Below, one piece after another: positions 9,477 through 19,109 of a DNA stretch of 64,000 nucleotides. The notes below the pieces were generated by a model. It made no database searches, was not told the DNA's origin, and saw only the letters and a list, made by a program, of their open reading frames with translations. The position numbers and the translations under genes were made by a program. Origin of the DNA: an uncultured Arcobacter sp. (GTDB taxonomy: Bacteria; Campylobacterota; Campylobacteria; Campylobacterales; Arcobacteraceae); NCBI GenBank assembly GCA_965140705.1, contig OZ223302.1, positions 288,001-352,000 of the forward strand, in the 5' to 3' direction. Numbering within the stretch: position 1 is the stretch's first letter; every line of letters starts with the position of its first letter.

Positions 9477-11583
9477 ACCTATGAATAATAACTTTATTAA
9501 AGTACATCAAACCTCTTCAAGGCTTAGATATAAATATTTTTTACTAAAAGAAAAATTTATAGATGAACTTATCTTAAAAAAGTACTTTGAAAAAATCAAG
9601 CATGTTGAAAGTGTACGAATAAATAAAAAAGCCTATTCAATTATATTTGAGATAAATAAAGACATTACAAGTGAAATTGAGTCTGTTTTAAGTAAATTAA
9701 CACTTGATGAACTACTAAACAATTGTCAAAATGAAGCTGTTTGTGTATCTTGTGTAAGTAATGAAGAACCATCAATAAAAGGTATGGTAAGAGCTTCAAG
9801 TGCACTGATTTCTGAAAGATTTGTAAGCAATAATTTATTAAAAGCTAGCATTACTACAAGTGCATCTATTCCCCTTTTGATTGATGGTTCAAAAGAACTT
9901 TTAGAAGAAGGTCTTACTTCAAAGGTTTTAGAAAGTGCAGCTGTTGCCATCTCAATTTATAGAAAAGATTATCTTGCTGCAAACTCTACAAATATGATGC
10001 TTGAACTTGGTGAATATATAGAAGAGACTACTGTTCATAAAAGTGATGATTTATTAAAAGAGTTAGCCAAACCAAATGTAGAAGAAGCTTGGGTTGAAAA
10101 AGTAGTTGATGGAAAGATAACTGAAGTTTTAATCAAAAGTAATGAAGTACAAGTTGGAGATATAGTAGTTGTTGGTATTGGAAATACAATACCAGTTGAT
10201 GGACATATTCTTGAAGGAACAGGTAGTGTAAATCAAGTATCTATGACAGGAGAAGCTGAACCAGTTGTAAGATATAGAGGTGATAGAGTTATCTCTGGAA
10301 CTATTGTAGAAGAAGGAAGATTTAGAATCTGGGCTGAACATGTAGGTTCAGATACAGCAACTCAAAGAATCAAACATTACATCGAAAATTCATTAAATGA
10401 AAAATCATCAGTTCAACTAAAAGCAAATAAATTAGCAAATAAATTAGTTCCTGTAACACTTGGACTTGCTGGTGTTTCATATATATTTGCAAGGGATTTT
10501 GAAAGGGTTGCTTCTATTTTACAAGCAGATTACTCTTGTGCTTTAAAACTAGCAACTCCTGTTGCTTTTAAATCAACTATTTCAAAAGCTGGACATAATG
10601 GAATTATGATAAAAGGTGCAAAATCTATTGAAGCCCTTAGTAATGCAGATACCTTTGTATTTGATAAAACTGGTACTTTAACTTGTGGGGAACTTGAAGT
10701 AATCTCAGTAGAATCTTATAGTGATGATTGGACAGAAGAGGAAGTATTAAATTTAACTGCTTCAACGGAAGAGCACTATTTTCATCCAGTTGCTGAAGCT
10801 GTTGTAAAAGCAGCAAAAGAGAGAGGTTTTGTACATATGCACCATGAAGAAGTAGAGTTCATAGTTGCACATGGAGTTAAAACAGAAGTAAAAGGAAAAT
10901 CTGTAGTAATTGGAAGTAGACATTTTGTTGAAGATGATGAAAAAATAGACTTCTCTAAACATAAAGATAAAATCAATAATTCACTAAAAAATGGTAAAAC
11001 TCTGCTTTATATTGGTTATGATGGAAAGCTTTTAGGAACTATTGGACTCTCTGATGAATTAAGAGAAAATACAAAAGAATCTATTAGTAAATTAAAAAAA
11101 CTAGGTGTCAAAAATATCATAATGCTAACAGGGGATACGAAAGAAAAAGCAAAACTTATTGCCGATGAAATTGGTATTGATGAAATACGAGCAGAATTAC
11201 TCCCACAAGACAAAGCAAAAATAGTAAAAGAGCTTATGAGTGAAGGGAAAAAAGTTGCATTTATTGGTGATGGAATAAATGATGCACCTGCACTAATATC
11301 TGCCCATGTTGGAATATCTATGAGTAGAGGTGCCGATATTGCAAAAGCAACTGCTGATATTAGTCTTTTAAAGGATGATATTGCCTGCGTTGTCGAAGCA
11401 AAAGAGTATGCTAATAAAACAATGAATTTAATTAATAACAATTTTAATGCAACAGTTGGAATCAACTCTTGTATACTTGCAGGTGCTACATTTGGCTTAT
11501 TTTCTCCAATTGTAACAGCTGTTTTACATAATGGGACAACCATTGGATTATTGCTTAATTCAATAAGGGGTGTCAAGCAGTAG
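9469..11583 (+). CDS. fezB: P1B-6-type heavy-metal P-type ATPase (FezB-like)
   Basis: TGE, DYSCALKLATP (SCA motif), DKTGTLT, HPVA, GDGINDAP, LHNGTT; N-terminal VHQTSSRLR HMA2-like region. Confidence 0.82.
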   Translation: MNKPMNNNFIKVHQTSSRLRYKYFLLKEKFIDELILKKYFEKIKHVESVRINKKAYSIIFEINKDITSEIESVLSKLTLDELLNNCQNEAVCVSCVSNEEPSIKGMVRASSALISERFVSNNLLKASITTSASIPLLIDGSKELLEEGLTSKVLESAAVAISIYRKDYLAANSTNMMLELGEYIEETTVHKSDDLLKELAKPNVEEAWVEKVVDGKITEVLIKSNEVQVGDIVVVGIGNTIPVDGHILEGTGSVNQVSMTGEAEPVVRYRGDRVISGTIVEEGRFRIWAEHVGSDTATQRIKHYIENSLNEKSSVQLKANKLANKLVPVTLGLAGVSYIFARDFERVASILQADYSCALKLATPVAFKSTISKAGHNGIMIKGAKSIEALSNADTFVFDKTGTLTCGELEVISVESYSDDWTEEEVLNLTASTEEHYFHPVAEAVVKAAKERGFVHMHHEEVEFIVAHGVKTEVKGKSVVIGSRHFVEDDEKIDFSKHKDKINNSLKNGKTLLYIGYDGKLLGTIGLSDELRENTKESISKLKKLGVKNIIMLTGDTKEKAKLIADEIGIDEIRAELLPQDKAKIVKELMSEGKKVAFIGDGINDAPALISAHVGISMSRGADIAKATADISLLKDDIACVVEAKEYANKTMNLINNNFNATVGINSCILAGATFGLFSPIVTAVLHNGTTIGLLLNSIRGVKQ

Positions 11584-11586
11584 TAA

Positions 11587-11648
11587 TTGATAATAGTTAT
11601 TAGTTTTATTTAAGTTTCTTTAGATAAAATATTGATAATTATTATCAA
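11587..11648. promoter_or_regulatory. Two Fur-box-like sites
   Basis: TTGATAATAGTTATTAG (11587-11603) and near-perfect TTGATAATTATTATCAA (11632-11648). Confidence 0.8.
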
Positions 11649-11658
11649 AAGGATTAAC

Positions 11659-11778
11659 ATGCCATTTTTATTACCGCTTGCCACAACTTTAACAGCAATT
11701 TTAACAGTGAAAACTATAAATAAAACTGCAAAAGTTCTAGATAAAAGGAAAAAAAGAAATGAAAGAAATGCCAATTGA
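11659..11778 (+). CDS. Small 39-aa protein (absent from ORF track)
   Basis: MPFLLPLATTLTAILTVKTINKTAKVLDKRKKRNERNAN; AAAGGA RBS right after a Fur box; overlaps the next ORF. Confidence 0.6.
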   Translation: MPFLLPLATTLTAILTVKTINKTAKVLDKRKKRNERNAN

Positions 11779-11986
11779 TTTAGAGATTCAAAAAGAAGCT
11801 GCAAAAATTGGAATGACAGCAACACTGGGAGCTACTGTTGTAACTTCAATGTTTATGAAAAATAAAACTGCTAAAAAAGTCCATGTAGTAGCTGGCGTTG
11901 CTTTTTGTGGATTTGCATTATGGCATCATGTGTTATATCAACCAAAAAATAAAAGTAAAAAACCTATTCCCTTAAAAGAAAGCTAA
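11759..11986 (+). CDS. Small two-TM protein with His residues
   Basis: AKIGMTATLGATVVTS...KVHVVAGVAFCGFALWHH. Confidence 0.75.
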   Translation: MKEMPIDLEIQKEAAKIGMTATLGATVVTSMFMKNKTAKKVHVVAGVAFCGFALWHHVLYQPKNKSKKPIPLKES

Positions 11987-11990
11987 AGTT

Positions 11991-12113
11991 TTATCCTTTA
12001 GCTTTTCTAAGTTTTCCACTTTCTTTTATCTTATTAGGTATTAACCCTGCTTCTTCTTTTAATACTTGGATTTTTTCTAATAGCTTTTCAATATCCACTT
12101 CTATTTTTTCCAT
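11991..12113 (-). CDS. Small 40-aa protein downstream of flavodoxin (absent from ORF track)
   Basis: MEKIEVDIEKLLEKIQVLKEEAGLIPNKIKESGKLRKAKG; AGGAG RBS overlapping the flavodoxin stop. Confidence 0.55.
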   Translation of the reverse strand: MEKIEVDIEKLLEKIQVLKEEAGLIPNKIKESGKLRKAKG

Positions 12114-12122
12114 CTTATTCTC

Positions 12123-12623
12123 CTAATTAAAATTATTCTTTATTATTGATGTCCACGATTCAACTCTTTGATTTGTAAGATCATCTTGAGAGTCTTCATC
12201 TAAAGCTAAACCTACAAATTTATTATCAACTACTGCTTTTGATTCATCAAAACTATAAGTATCATCTATATCCCATTCACCAATAATATTTGCACCTAAA
12301 CTTTTTACCTCTTCATAAAGAATTCCCATAGCATCCAAATAAGTATCTGGATAACCATCTTGATCACCTAAACCAAACAAAGCAACAGTCTTAGAAGAGA
12401 AGTCTATATTTTGCAACTTTTTAAAATTGTCATCCCAGTCATCTTGTAAATCACCATCACCCCAAGTTGATATTCCTAATATTACATTTTCAAACTCATT
12501 TATCTTTTCTAGATTCACATCTGCAATATCATGTACTTCATCTACTGATAACTCTTTCCCTATTAATTCCGCCACATTTGAAGTATTTCCTGTACTACTT
12601 GCATAAAATATTGCTGTTTTCAT
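12123..12623 (-). CDS. fldA: Long-chain flavodoxin
   Basis: YASSTGNT, STWGDGDLQDDW, FGLGDQDGYPDTYLDA, FVGLALDED. Confidence 0.92.
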   Translation of the reverse strand: MKTAIFYASSTGNTSNVAELIGKELSVDEVHDIADVNLEKINEFENVILGISTWGDGDLQDDWDDNFKKLQNIDFSSKTVALFGLGDQDGYPDTYLDAMGILYEEVKSLGANIIGEWDIDDTYSFDESKAVVDNKFVGLALDEDSQDDLTNQRVESWTSIIKNNFN

Positions 12624-13038
12624 TACAATCCCTTTTTTTCATAATGTCATTTAATGAATAAGGTATCAATTTCACCATATATTCATCACCAGATTCTTCA
12701 AGTAATGGAATCTTTACTTGAATATGCTTATTAAAATTTTTATTTTTTGGATATACAAAATATACATATTTATATTCACTATTAAGTACTACATCACAAG
12801 CAATTTTTACCTCATTTTTTATTGATAAACTTTTTTTATCCATATCTGTGCATATAGGAATTACTTTTATAGATGGATGATTTGACAAAACTATATCAAT
12901 ACAATCTTCACATTTTTCTACAAATCTATTTTTTGTATTTCTTGCTATTTTTCTATAAACATAATTAAAAAAGTTCTCGTTTGTATTTTTATTATCATGT
13001 ATTGAATTAATTAAATTAGTACATTCATTAAAACTCAT
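12595..13038 (-). CDS. Hypothetical protein, co-transcribed with flavodoxin
   Basis: 147-aa ORF with AAAGGA RBS, overlapping the fldA start. Confidence 0.7.
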   Translation of the reverse strand: MSFNECTNLINSIHDNKNTNENFFNYVYRKIARNTKNRFVEKCEDCIDIVLSNHPSIKVIPICTDMDKKSLSIKNEVKIACDVVLNSEYKYVYFVYPKNKNFNKHIQVKIPLLEESGDEYMVKLIPYSLNDIMKKRDCNENSNILCK

Positions 13039-13053
13039 ATTTTATCCTTTGTA

Positions 13054-13123
13054 TTGATAATCAATATCAAGAATTATAAATTAAACGAACTTAATGTTTT
13101 CTTATATTGATAATAATTATCAA
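13054..13123. promoter_or_regulatory. Two Fur boxes between the flavodoxin operon and sucC
   Basis: TTGATAATCAATATCAA (13054-13070) and TTGATAATAATTATCAA (13107-13123). Confidence 0.82.
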
Positions 13124-13244
13124 AATATATTTATTTTTACTTACTTATTTTTATACATTAATTAAGCAAATTTCTATATCAATTCAGGTATAAATGTGCA
13201 ATTAAAACTAATAAACATTACTATGATTAAAATTCGGAGAAATA

Positions 13245-14417
13245 ATGAATTTACATGAGTATCAAGCAAAAAACTTATATAGAAAATACGACATCCCTAC
13301 TACAAAAGGGAAACTTTTAACTCACCCCTCTCAACTAAATGATATATTAAGAAGCGTTGGAAAAAACAAATGGGTAATTAAAGCACAAGTTCATGCAGGT
13401 GGAAGAGGAAAAGCTGGTGGAGTTGTTTTGGTTAATTCTAAAAAAGAAGCCGACGAAGAAGTAAGAAGATTACTAGGAAGTAATTTAGTTACTCACCAAA
13501 CAAATGCCCAAGGACAAGCTGTAAACTCTATTTATATAGAAGAACCTTGTGATATAAAAGATGAAATATATTTAGCCTTTATTGTTGATAGAACGAGTCA
13601 AAGAATTATGATAATTACTTCTAGTGAAGGTGGTATGGATATTGAAGAAGTGGCAGAAAGGTTTCCTGAAAAAATTCTAAGAAACCCTATAAATCCTATT
13701 GTTGGAATCATGCCAGCTCAATGTAGACAAATCTGTGAAGACTTAGGTTTTGGCAAAGATTTAAGTGTTCAAATGATAGATTTGATGAAAAATATTTATA
13801 AAATGTTTGTACAAAAAGATTTATCACTAGTAGAAATAAATCCTTTAGTTGTGACAAAAGACAATAAACTTATTTGTTTAGATGGGAAAGTTGTAGTTGA
13901 TAATTCAGCCCTTTATAGACAACCAAAAATGAACGAGATAAGAGATGATTCACAAGAAGATGAAAGAGAACTAAAAGCTGAAAAACTAGATTTAAATTAT
14001 GTAAGTTTAGATGGAAATATTGCTTGTATGGTAAATGGTGCTGGTTTAGCAATGGCAACTATGGACTTAATCAAAACCCATGGAGGGGAACCTGCAAACT
14101 TTCTTGATGTGGGAGGAAGTGTAAATGAGAAAAGAGTTATAGAAGCCTTTGAAATTATTCTTTCTGATACAAAAGTAAATGGTATTTTGGTAAATATCTT
14201 TGGTGGAATTGTAAGATGTGATATTATCGCTGCTGGTATTATTGGAGCTGCCCAAAAGATGAATATAAATATCCCTATTGTAGTAAGACTTGAGGGTACA
14301 AATGCAAAAGAAGGACTTGAATTGATAAAAAATTCAAATGTAACAGTTTATGAAGAGGCTGATTTAGATAAAGCTGCATTAAAAATCATTGAACTATCAA
14401 ATAAAGGAGCTAAATAA
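13245..14417 (+). CDS. sucC: Succinyl-CoA synthetase beta subunit
   Basis: [45 protein letters not shown]. Confidence 0.97.
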   Translation: MNLHEYQAKNLYRKYDIPTTKGKLLTHPSQLNDILRSVGKNKWVIKAQVHAGGRGKAGGVVLVNSKKEADEEVRRLLGSNLVTHQTNAQGQAVNSIYIEEPCDIKDEIYLAFIVDRTSQRIMIITSSEGGMDIEEVAERFPEKILRNPINPIVGIMPAQCRQICEDLGFGKDLSVQMIDLMKNIYKMFVQKDLSLVEINPLVVTKDNKLICLDGKVVVDNSALYRQPKMNEIRDDSQEDERELKAEKLDLNYVSLDGNIACMVNGAGLAMATMDLIKTHGGEPANFLDVGGSVNEKRVIEAFEIILSDTKVNGILVNIFGGIVRCDIIAAGIIGAAQKMNINIPIVVRLEGTNAKEGLELIKNSNVTVYEEADLDKAALKIIELSNKGAK

Positions 14418-15289
14418 TGGCTATTTTAATTGATAAAAATACAAAAGTATTAGTTCAAGGTTTAACAGGTTCACAAGCTAGTTTCCATACTCAAAGGGCT
14501 ATTGCTTATGGTACAAATGTAGTTTCAGGGGTAGTTCCAGGAAAACGTGGTCAAAGACATCTTGACCTTCCTATTTATAACACAGTTGAATGTGCTAAAA
14601 GATTGACAGGAGCAAATGCTTCAATTATCTATGTTCCTGCACCTTTTTGTAAAGATGCAATTATAGAAGCTAGTGAAAATGGAATAGAAACAATTGTTTG
14701 TATAACAGAGGGAATACCTACAATTGATATGCTAGATATAAAAGCTGTTGTTGATTTAAATGGTTCAAGACTAATAGGTCCAAATTGTCCGGGAATAATA
14801 ACTCCTGATCAATGTAAAATGGGAATTATGCCTGAGAGCATTCATATGGCTGGAAGTGTTGGTATTGTATCTCGTTCGGGAACACTTACTTATGAAGCTG
14901 TAAATCAATCAACCCTAGCAGGATTTGGTCAAAGTACTTGTGTAGGTATTGGTGGAGATCCAGTTCCAGGAAGTGATTTTATAGATATATTAAAAATGTT
15001 TGAAGAAGATCCTGATACTAAAGCAATCGTAATGATTGGAGAAATTGGTGGAGCAAAAGAAGAAGCAGCAGCTGAGTATATAAAATCACATATCACTAAA
15101 CCAGTTGTCTCTTATATTGCAGGAGTAACAGCTCCTAAAGGTAAAAGAATGGGACATGCAGGTGCAATTATTGATGGTAGTAAAGGAACTGCTGAAGAGA
15201 AATACTTAGCCCTAGAGAGAGCAGGAGTAAAAACAGTTAGAACAATTACTGCAATTGGTGCTGCTTTAAAAGAAGTTCATCCTAAATAA
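14417..15289 (+). CDS. sucD: Succinyl-CoA synthetase alpha subunit
   Basis: [24 protein letters not shown] phospho-His motif. Confidence 0.97.
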   Translation: MAILIDKNTKVLVQGLTGSQASFHTQRAIAYGTNVVSGVVPGKRGQRHLDLPIYNTVECAKRLTGANASIIYVPAPFCKDAIIEASENGIETIVCITEGIPTIDMLDIKAVVDLNGSRLIGPNCPGIITPDQCKMGIMPESIHMAGSVGIVSRSGTLTYEAVNQSTLAGFGQSTCVGIGGDPVPGSDFIDILKMFEEDPDTKAIVMIGEIGGAKEEAAAEYIKSHITKPVVSYIAGVTAPKGKRMGHAGAIIDGSKGTAEEKYLALERAGVKTVRTITAIGAALKEVHPK

Positions 15290-15302
15290 TAGTGAGTATT
15301 AA

Positions 15303-16037
15303 ATGAAATTAACACAAGAACAAATAGAACAATTCGACAAAGATGGTTTTTTGCTTATCAAAGATTTTGCACCACATGATTTATGTGAAAAAATCTTAGA
15401 AAAAGCAACTTATCATTTAGAAAACAAAATAAAACCAATAGAGACAGAATCTGAGTATTTAGAAGCTGATGATGAGACAAATACAGTAAGACGCCTAAGA
15501 CAAGTCTATCAAAGAGAAGAGGTTTTTAAAGAGTGGATGACATATGAAGAGACTCTTCCAATGCTTCAACAATTATTTGGCGAAGAGGTAGTTTTAACCT
15601 TAGCACACCATAATTCTATTATGACAAAGATGCCAAAGGATTCATCAAGAACATCTTGGCACCAAGATAGAAGATATTGGCATTTTGAAAACAATGATTT
15701 GATTTCTATTTGGCTTAGTCTTGATGATGAGTTTATAGAAAATGGTCTTTTAGAATTTGTTCCAGGAAGTCATAAACTAAATCTTGAAAAAGATCAATTT
15801 GATGAAAAATCAAACTTCTTAGATGAACATCCTAAAAATATAGAGATAATCAAAAATAGAGTTCATACAAACCTAAAAAGAGGTGATATAGTTCTGTTTC
15901 ATTGTAAAACTTTGCACCATGCAGGGAAAAACATAACAGATAAACCAAAAATCTCTTTTGTTTATACAACAAGAGCTCTTAGTAACAAACCTCTAAAAAA
16001 CACAAGAAGTGATGTAGAAGAGGTATTGCTTGGATAA
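15303..16037 (+). CDS. PhyH-family Fe(II)/2-oxoglutarate dioxygenase
   Basis: WHQD, NGLLEFVPGSH and GDIVLFHCKTLH facial-triad motifs. Confidence 0.88.
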   Translation: MKLTQEQIEQFDKDGFLLIKDFAPHDLCEKILEKATYHLENKIKPIETESEYLEADDETNTVRRLRQVYQREEVFKEWMTYEETLPMLQQLFGEEVVLTLAHHNSIMTKMPKDSSRTSWHQDRRYWHFENNDLISIWLSLDDEFIENGLLEFVPGSHKLNLEKDQFDEKSNFLDEHPKNIEIIKNRVHTNLKRGDIVLFHCKTLHHAGKNITDKPKISFVYTTRALSNKPLKNTRSDVEEVLLG

Positions 16038-18138
16038 CCTAATAACACTTTTAGAAGAGAAAACCTCTTTTTCTAAAAGCGTTATTCAAAATATTTTACA
16101 ACTTCTTAATGATGGTTGTACTATTCCTTTTATTGCAAGATATAGAAAAGAGCAAACTTCAAATGCAAGTGATGAAGAACTAAGAGTTTTTGAAGAGATT
16201 TATAATTATTCATTAAAACTTTTAAAAAGAAAAGAGGAGATTTTAAATCTTCTTCAAGAAAAAAACTTCTTAGATGATAAAATCAAAACAAATATAAATA
16301 GTGCTACTACACTTCAAGCCTTAGAAGATATTTACACTCCCTTTAAAGACAAAAAATCATCTAGAACTACAATTGCTATAGAAAATGGATTAGAGCCCCT
16401 AGCAAACTTCCTACAGTGCTTAAAATACACTAAAAAAGAGTGTGAAGAGAAGGCAAAATCTTTTTTAAATAAAGAAGTTACAAGTGTAGATATTGCACTA
16501 AAAGGTGCAAGTGATATTATCGCCCAAAGATATGCAGATGATTTTAAATCAAAAGAAATAGTTAGAAACAATATTTTAAATCATGGGACACTTCAAACAA
16601 AACCCACAAAAACATTCAATGAAAATGGTCTTTACAAAAACCTAGCAAATATAAATGAAAAAATAAAATATATAAAATCATATAGATTTTTAGCCATAAA
16701 TAGAGCAACAAATGAAAAAGAAATAACTTTTAAAATAGAAGTTGATGAGGATTTTATTTGTGAAAATATAAAAAAATATAAAATCCCAACTTGGGCAAAT
16801 AGTTCAAGTGAACTTGTATATGAAGCCTACAAAGATGGACTAAAAAGATTACTACTTCCTAGTTTAAAAAGAGAAGCTATAACAATCTTGAAAGAAAAAG
16901 CTTCATATGAAGCAATAAATCTTTTTGGTAAAAATCTAAAAGAGTTACTTCTAACTCCCCCTTTAGTTAATCAAACTATTTTAGGAATAGACCCTGGCTT
17001 TAGAACTGGTTGTAAAGTAGCAGTTATAAGTGATGATGGATTATTTTTAGATAGCGCAGTTATTTATCCAACAAAACCAAAAGAGGATTTCGCTAACTCT
17101 GCTAAAACTCTGTTGGCTTTGATAAAAAAACACAAGGTAAACTCAATAGCCATAGGAAATGGAACAGCTTCAAATGAAACTGCCTCTTTTGTATCAAACT
17201 TTATAAAAGAGAACTCTTTAGATGTAAAATTTGCAGTTGTAAGTGAAATAGGAGCAAGTGTTTATTCTGCTTCAAAAATAGCCAATGAAGAGTATCCTAA
17301 CCTTGATGTTACAATTAGAGGTGCTATTTCCATAGCTTCAAGGCTTCGAGACCCAATGGCAGCCTTAGTAAAGATTGACCCAAAATCACTAGGTATTGGA
17401 CAATATCAACACGATGTAAATCAAAAAGATTTGGCTTCAAAATTAGAAAATGTAACAATTGACTTAGTAAATAAAGTAGGAGTTGATATAAACTCTGCTT
17501 CATATAAACTTCTATCTTTTGTATCAGGTTTTAGTGAAACTATGGCAAAAAATATTATCGCTCACAGAGAAAGAATCAAAAAATTTAAATCAAAAAAAGA
17601 ACTACTTGATGTAAAAGGAATAGGCTCAAAAGCGTATGAACAAGGGGTGGGATTTTTAAGAATAAAAGATGGAAGTTCTATTTTGGATAATACTGCAATT
17701 CACCCAGAAAATTATGCTTTAGTAAATACCTTACAAAAAAAATACAAACTAGAAGATATAAAAAAAAGTGATATTGAAAATATAGCAAAAGAGCTAAACA
17801 CTTCAAAACTTCTTTTAGAAGATATTATAAATGAGTTACAAAAACCAGGATTTGATGTAAGAAGTGAATTTGATGAGATAGAGTTTTCAGATGATATCAA
17901 AACAATAGAAGACCTAAAAGAAGGCTTTTTTGTCTCTGGAATCGTACGAAACATTACAGACTTTGGAGCTTTTGTAGATATTGGACTTAAAAATGATGGA
18001 ATGATACACATCTCACAAATGAGCGAAAAAAGAATCTCTCACCCAAGTGAAATACTAAGCATAAACCAACAATTAAAAAAGATAAAAATCATATCAATAG
18101 ATTTAGAAAAAAACAAAGTAGGACTTAGTCTAAAATAA
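16030..18138 (+). CDS. tex: Tex-family RNA-binding transcription accessory protein
   Basis: TIPFIARYRKE, LGIDPGFRTGCK, IGQYQHDV, C-terminal S1 domain. Confidence 0.93.
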   Translation: MDNLITLLEEKTSFSKSVIQNILQLLNDGCTIPFIARYRKEQTSNASDEELRVFEEIYNYSLKLLKRKEEILNLLQEKNFLDDKIKTNINSATTLQALEDIYTPFKDKKSSRTTIAIENGLEPLANFLQCLKYTKKECEEKAKSFLNKEVTSVDIALKGASDIIAQRYADDFKSKEIVRNNILNHGTLQTKPTKTFNENGLYKNLANINEKIKYIKSYRFLAINRATNEKEITFKIEVDEDFICENIKKYKIPTWANSSSELVYEAYKDGLKRLLLPSLKREAITILKEKASYEAINLFGKNLKELLLTPPLVNQTILGIDPGFRTGCKVAVISDDGLFLDSAVIYPTKPKEDFANSAKTLLALIKKHKVNSIAIGNGTASNETASFVSNFIKENSLDVKFAVVSEIGASVYSASKIANEEYPNLDVTIRGAISIASRLRDPMAALVKIDPKSLGIGQYQHDVNQKDLASKLENVTIDLVNKVGVDINSASYKLLSFVSGFSETMAKNIIAHRERIKKFKSKKELLDVKGIGSKAYEQGVGFLRIKDGSSILDNTAIHPENYALVNTLQKKYKLEDIKKSDIENIAKELNTSKLLLEDIINELQKPGFDVRSEFDEIEFSDDIKTIEDLKEGFFVSGIVRNITDFGAFVDIGLKNDGMIHISQMSEKRISHPSEILSINQQLKKIKIISIDLEKNKVGLSLK

Positions 18139-18239
18139 GAACTCAAACATACATATAGTCGTACTTTGTATTAATAATCAATTAATAAAATAATCTTATA
18201 CTTCCATATACATAAGCAATTATCAAAGGTATAAATTAT

Positions 18240-19106
18240 ATGAGTATCACTCGAAGACAATTTACTTACTTAGCAGGTATTAGCACCCTTCTTGCAAGCC
18301 TACCTTCATGGGCAAAAGAAAGTAGCAAAATAGCTCCTGCCCTATTTATAGGACATGGAACACCTATGAATGCCTTTGTCGAAAATAGATTTACTAAAGA
18401 GTGGGAAAAAATTGCTCGTATATTAAAAAAACCAAAAGCTATCTTAGTAGTTTCAGCACATTGGGAAACCATGTTTCCAGCTGTTAGTACAGCTGCTAAT
18501 CCTGAAACATTATATGATTATTATGGCTTCCCTGAATTTATGTATGAATTTAAATACCCAGCCCCAGGAGCTCCAAATATTGCGAAACATGTTTCAGAGA
18601 CATTCAAAGAAGAGGTCTTTACAGATCCAATTAGAGGTTTAGACCATGGTGCTTGGACTGTATTATCAAGACTTTTTCCAAAAGCTGATGTTCCAGTATT
18701 TGAGTTTAGCTTAGCCCAATCAATGACTCCAAAAGAACACTTTTTACTAGGAAAAGAGATGTATGAGTTAAGAAAACAAGGGGTCATGATAATAGGTTCA
18801 GGAAATATTGTTCATAATATTCCAAGTGCAAAAAGTGATACTATGCATGGAACTAGAGATATAGTACATGATTGGGCAAAAAGTTTTGATGAAAAAGTAA
18901 CTTCAAAAATAGATAGTGGTGATTATGAAGCTTTAATAGATTATAAAAATATGGGTAAAGATGCTCTAATGGCAGTTCCTACCCCTGAGCACTTTTTACC
19001 ACTTTTATATGTTTTAGGATGTGTGAAAAAAGATGAACCATACAAATACTTTGCTAAAGGTTTTCAAGAAGGCTCTTTTTCTATGAGATCTATTATATTC
19101 TCATAA
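18240..19106 (+). CDS. ygiD: YgiD/DODA-type extradiol ring-cleavage dioxygenase with Tat-like leader
   Basis: FIGHGTPM, VSAHW, RGLDHGAW, GSGNIVHN, PTPEHFLPL; N-terminus TRRQF. Confidence 0.85.
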   Translation: MSITRRQFTYLAGISTLLASLPSWAKESSKIAPALFIGHGTPMNAFVENRFTKEWEKIARILKKPKAILVVSAHWETMFPAVSTAANPETLYDYYGFPEFMYEFKYPAPGAPNIAKHVSETFKEEVFTDPIRGLDHGAWTVLSRLFPKADVPVFEFSLAQSMTPKEHFLLGKEMYELRKQGVMIIGSGNIVHNIPSAKSDTMHGTRDIVHDWAKSFDEKVTSKIDSGDYEALIDYKNMGKDALMAVPTPEHFLPLLYVLGCVKKDEPYKYFAKGFQEGSFSMRSIIFS

Positions 19107-19109
19107 AAA

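Noticed and set aside
11016..11576. 186-aa antisense ORF and similar shadow ORFs (e.g. 58828-59274, 61284-61652, 36214-36597)
   Set aside because: They lie antisense to well-supported genes and have no recognisable motifs.
5869..13240. Integrative element inserted at tRNA-Ser
   Set aside because: I found no integrase or transposase and no repeat of the tRNA 3' end by eye.
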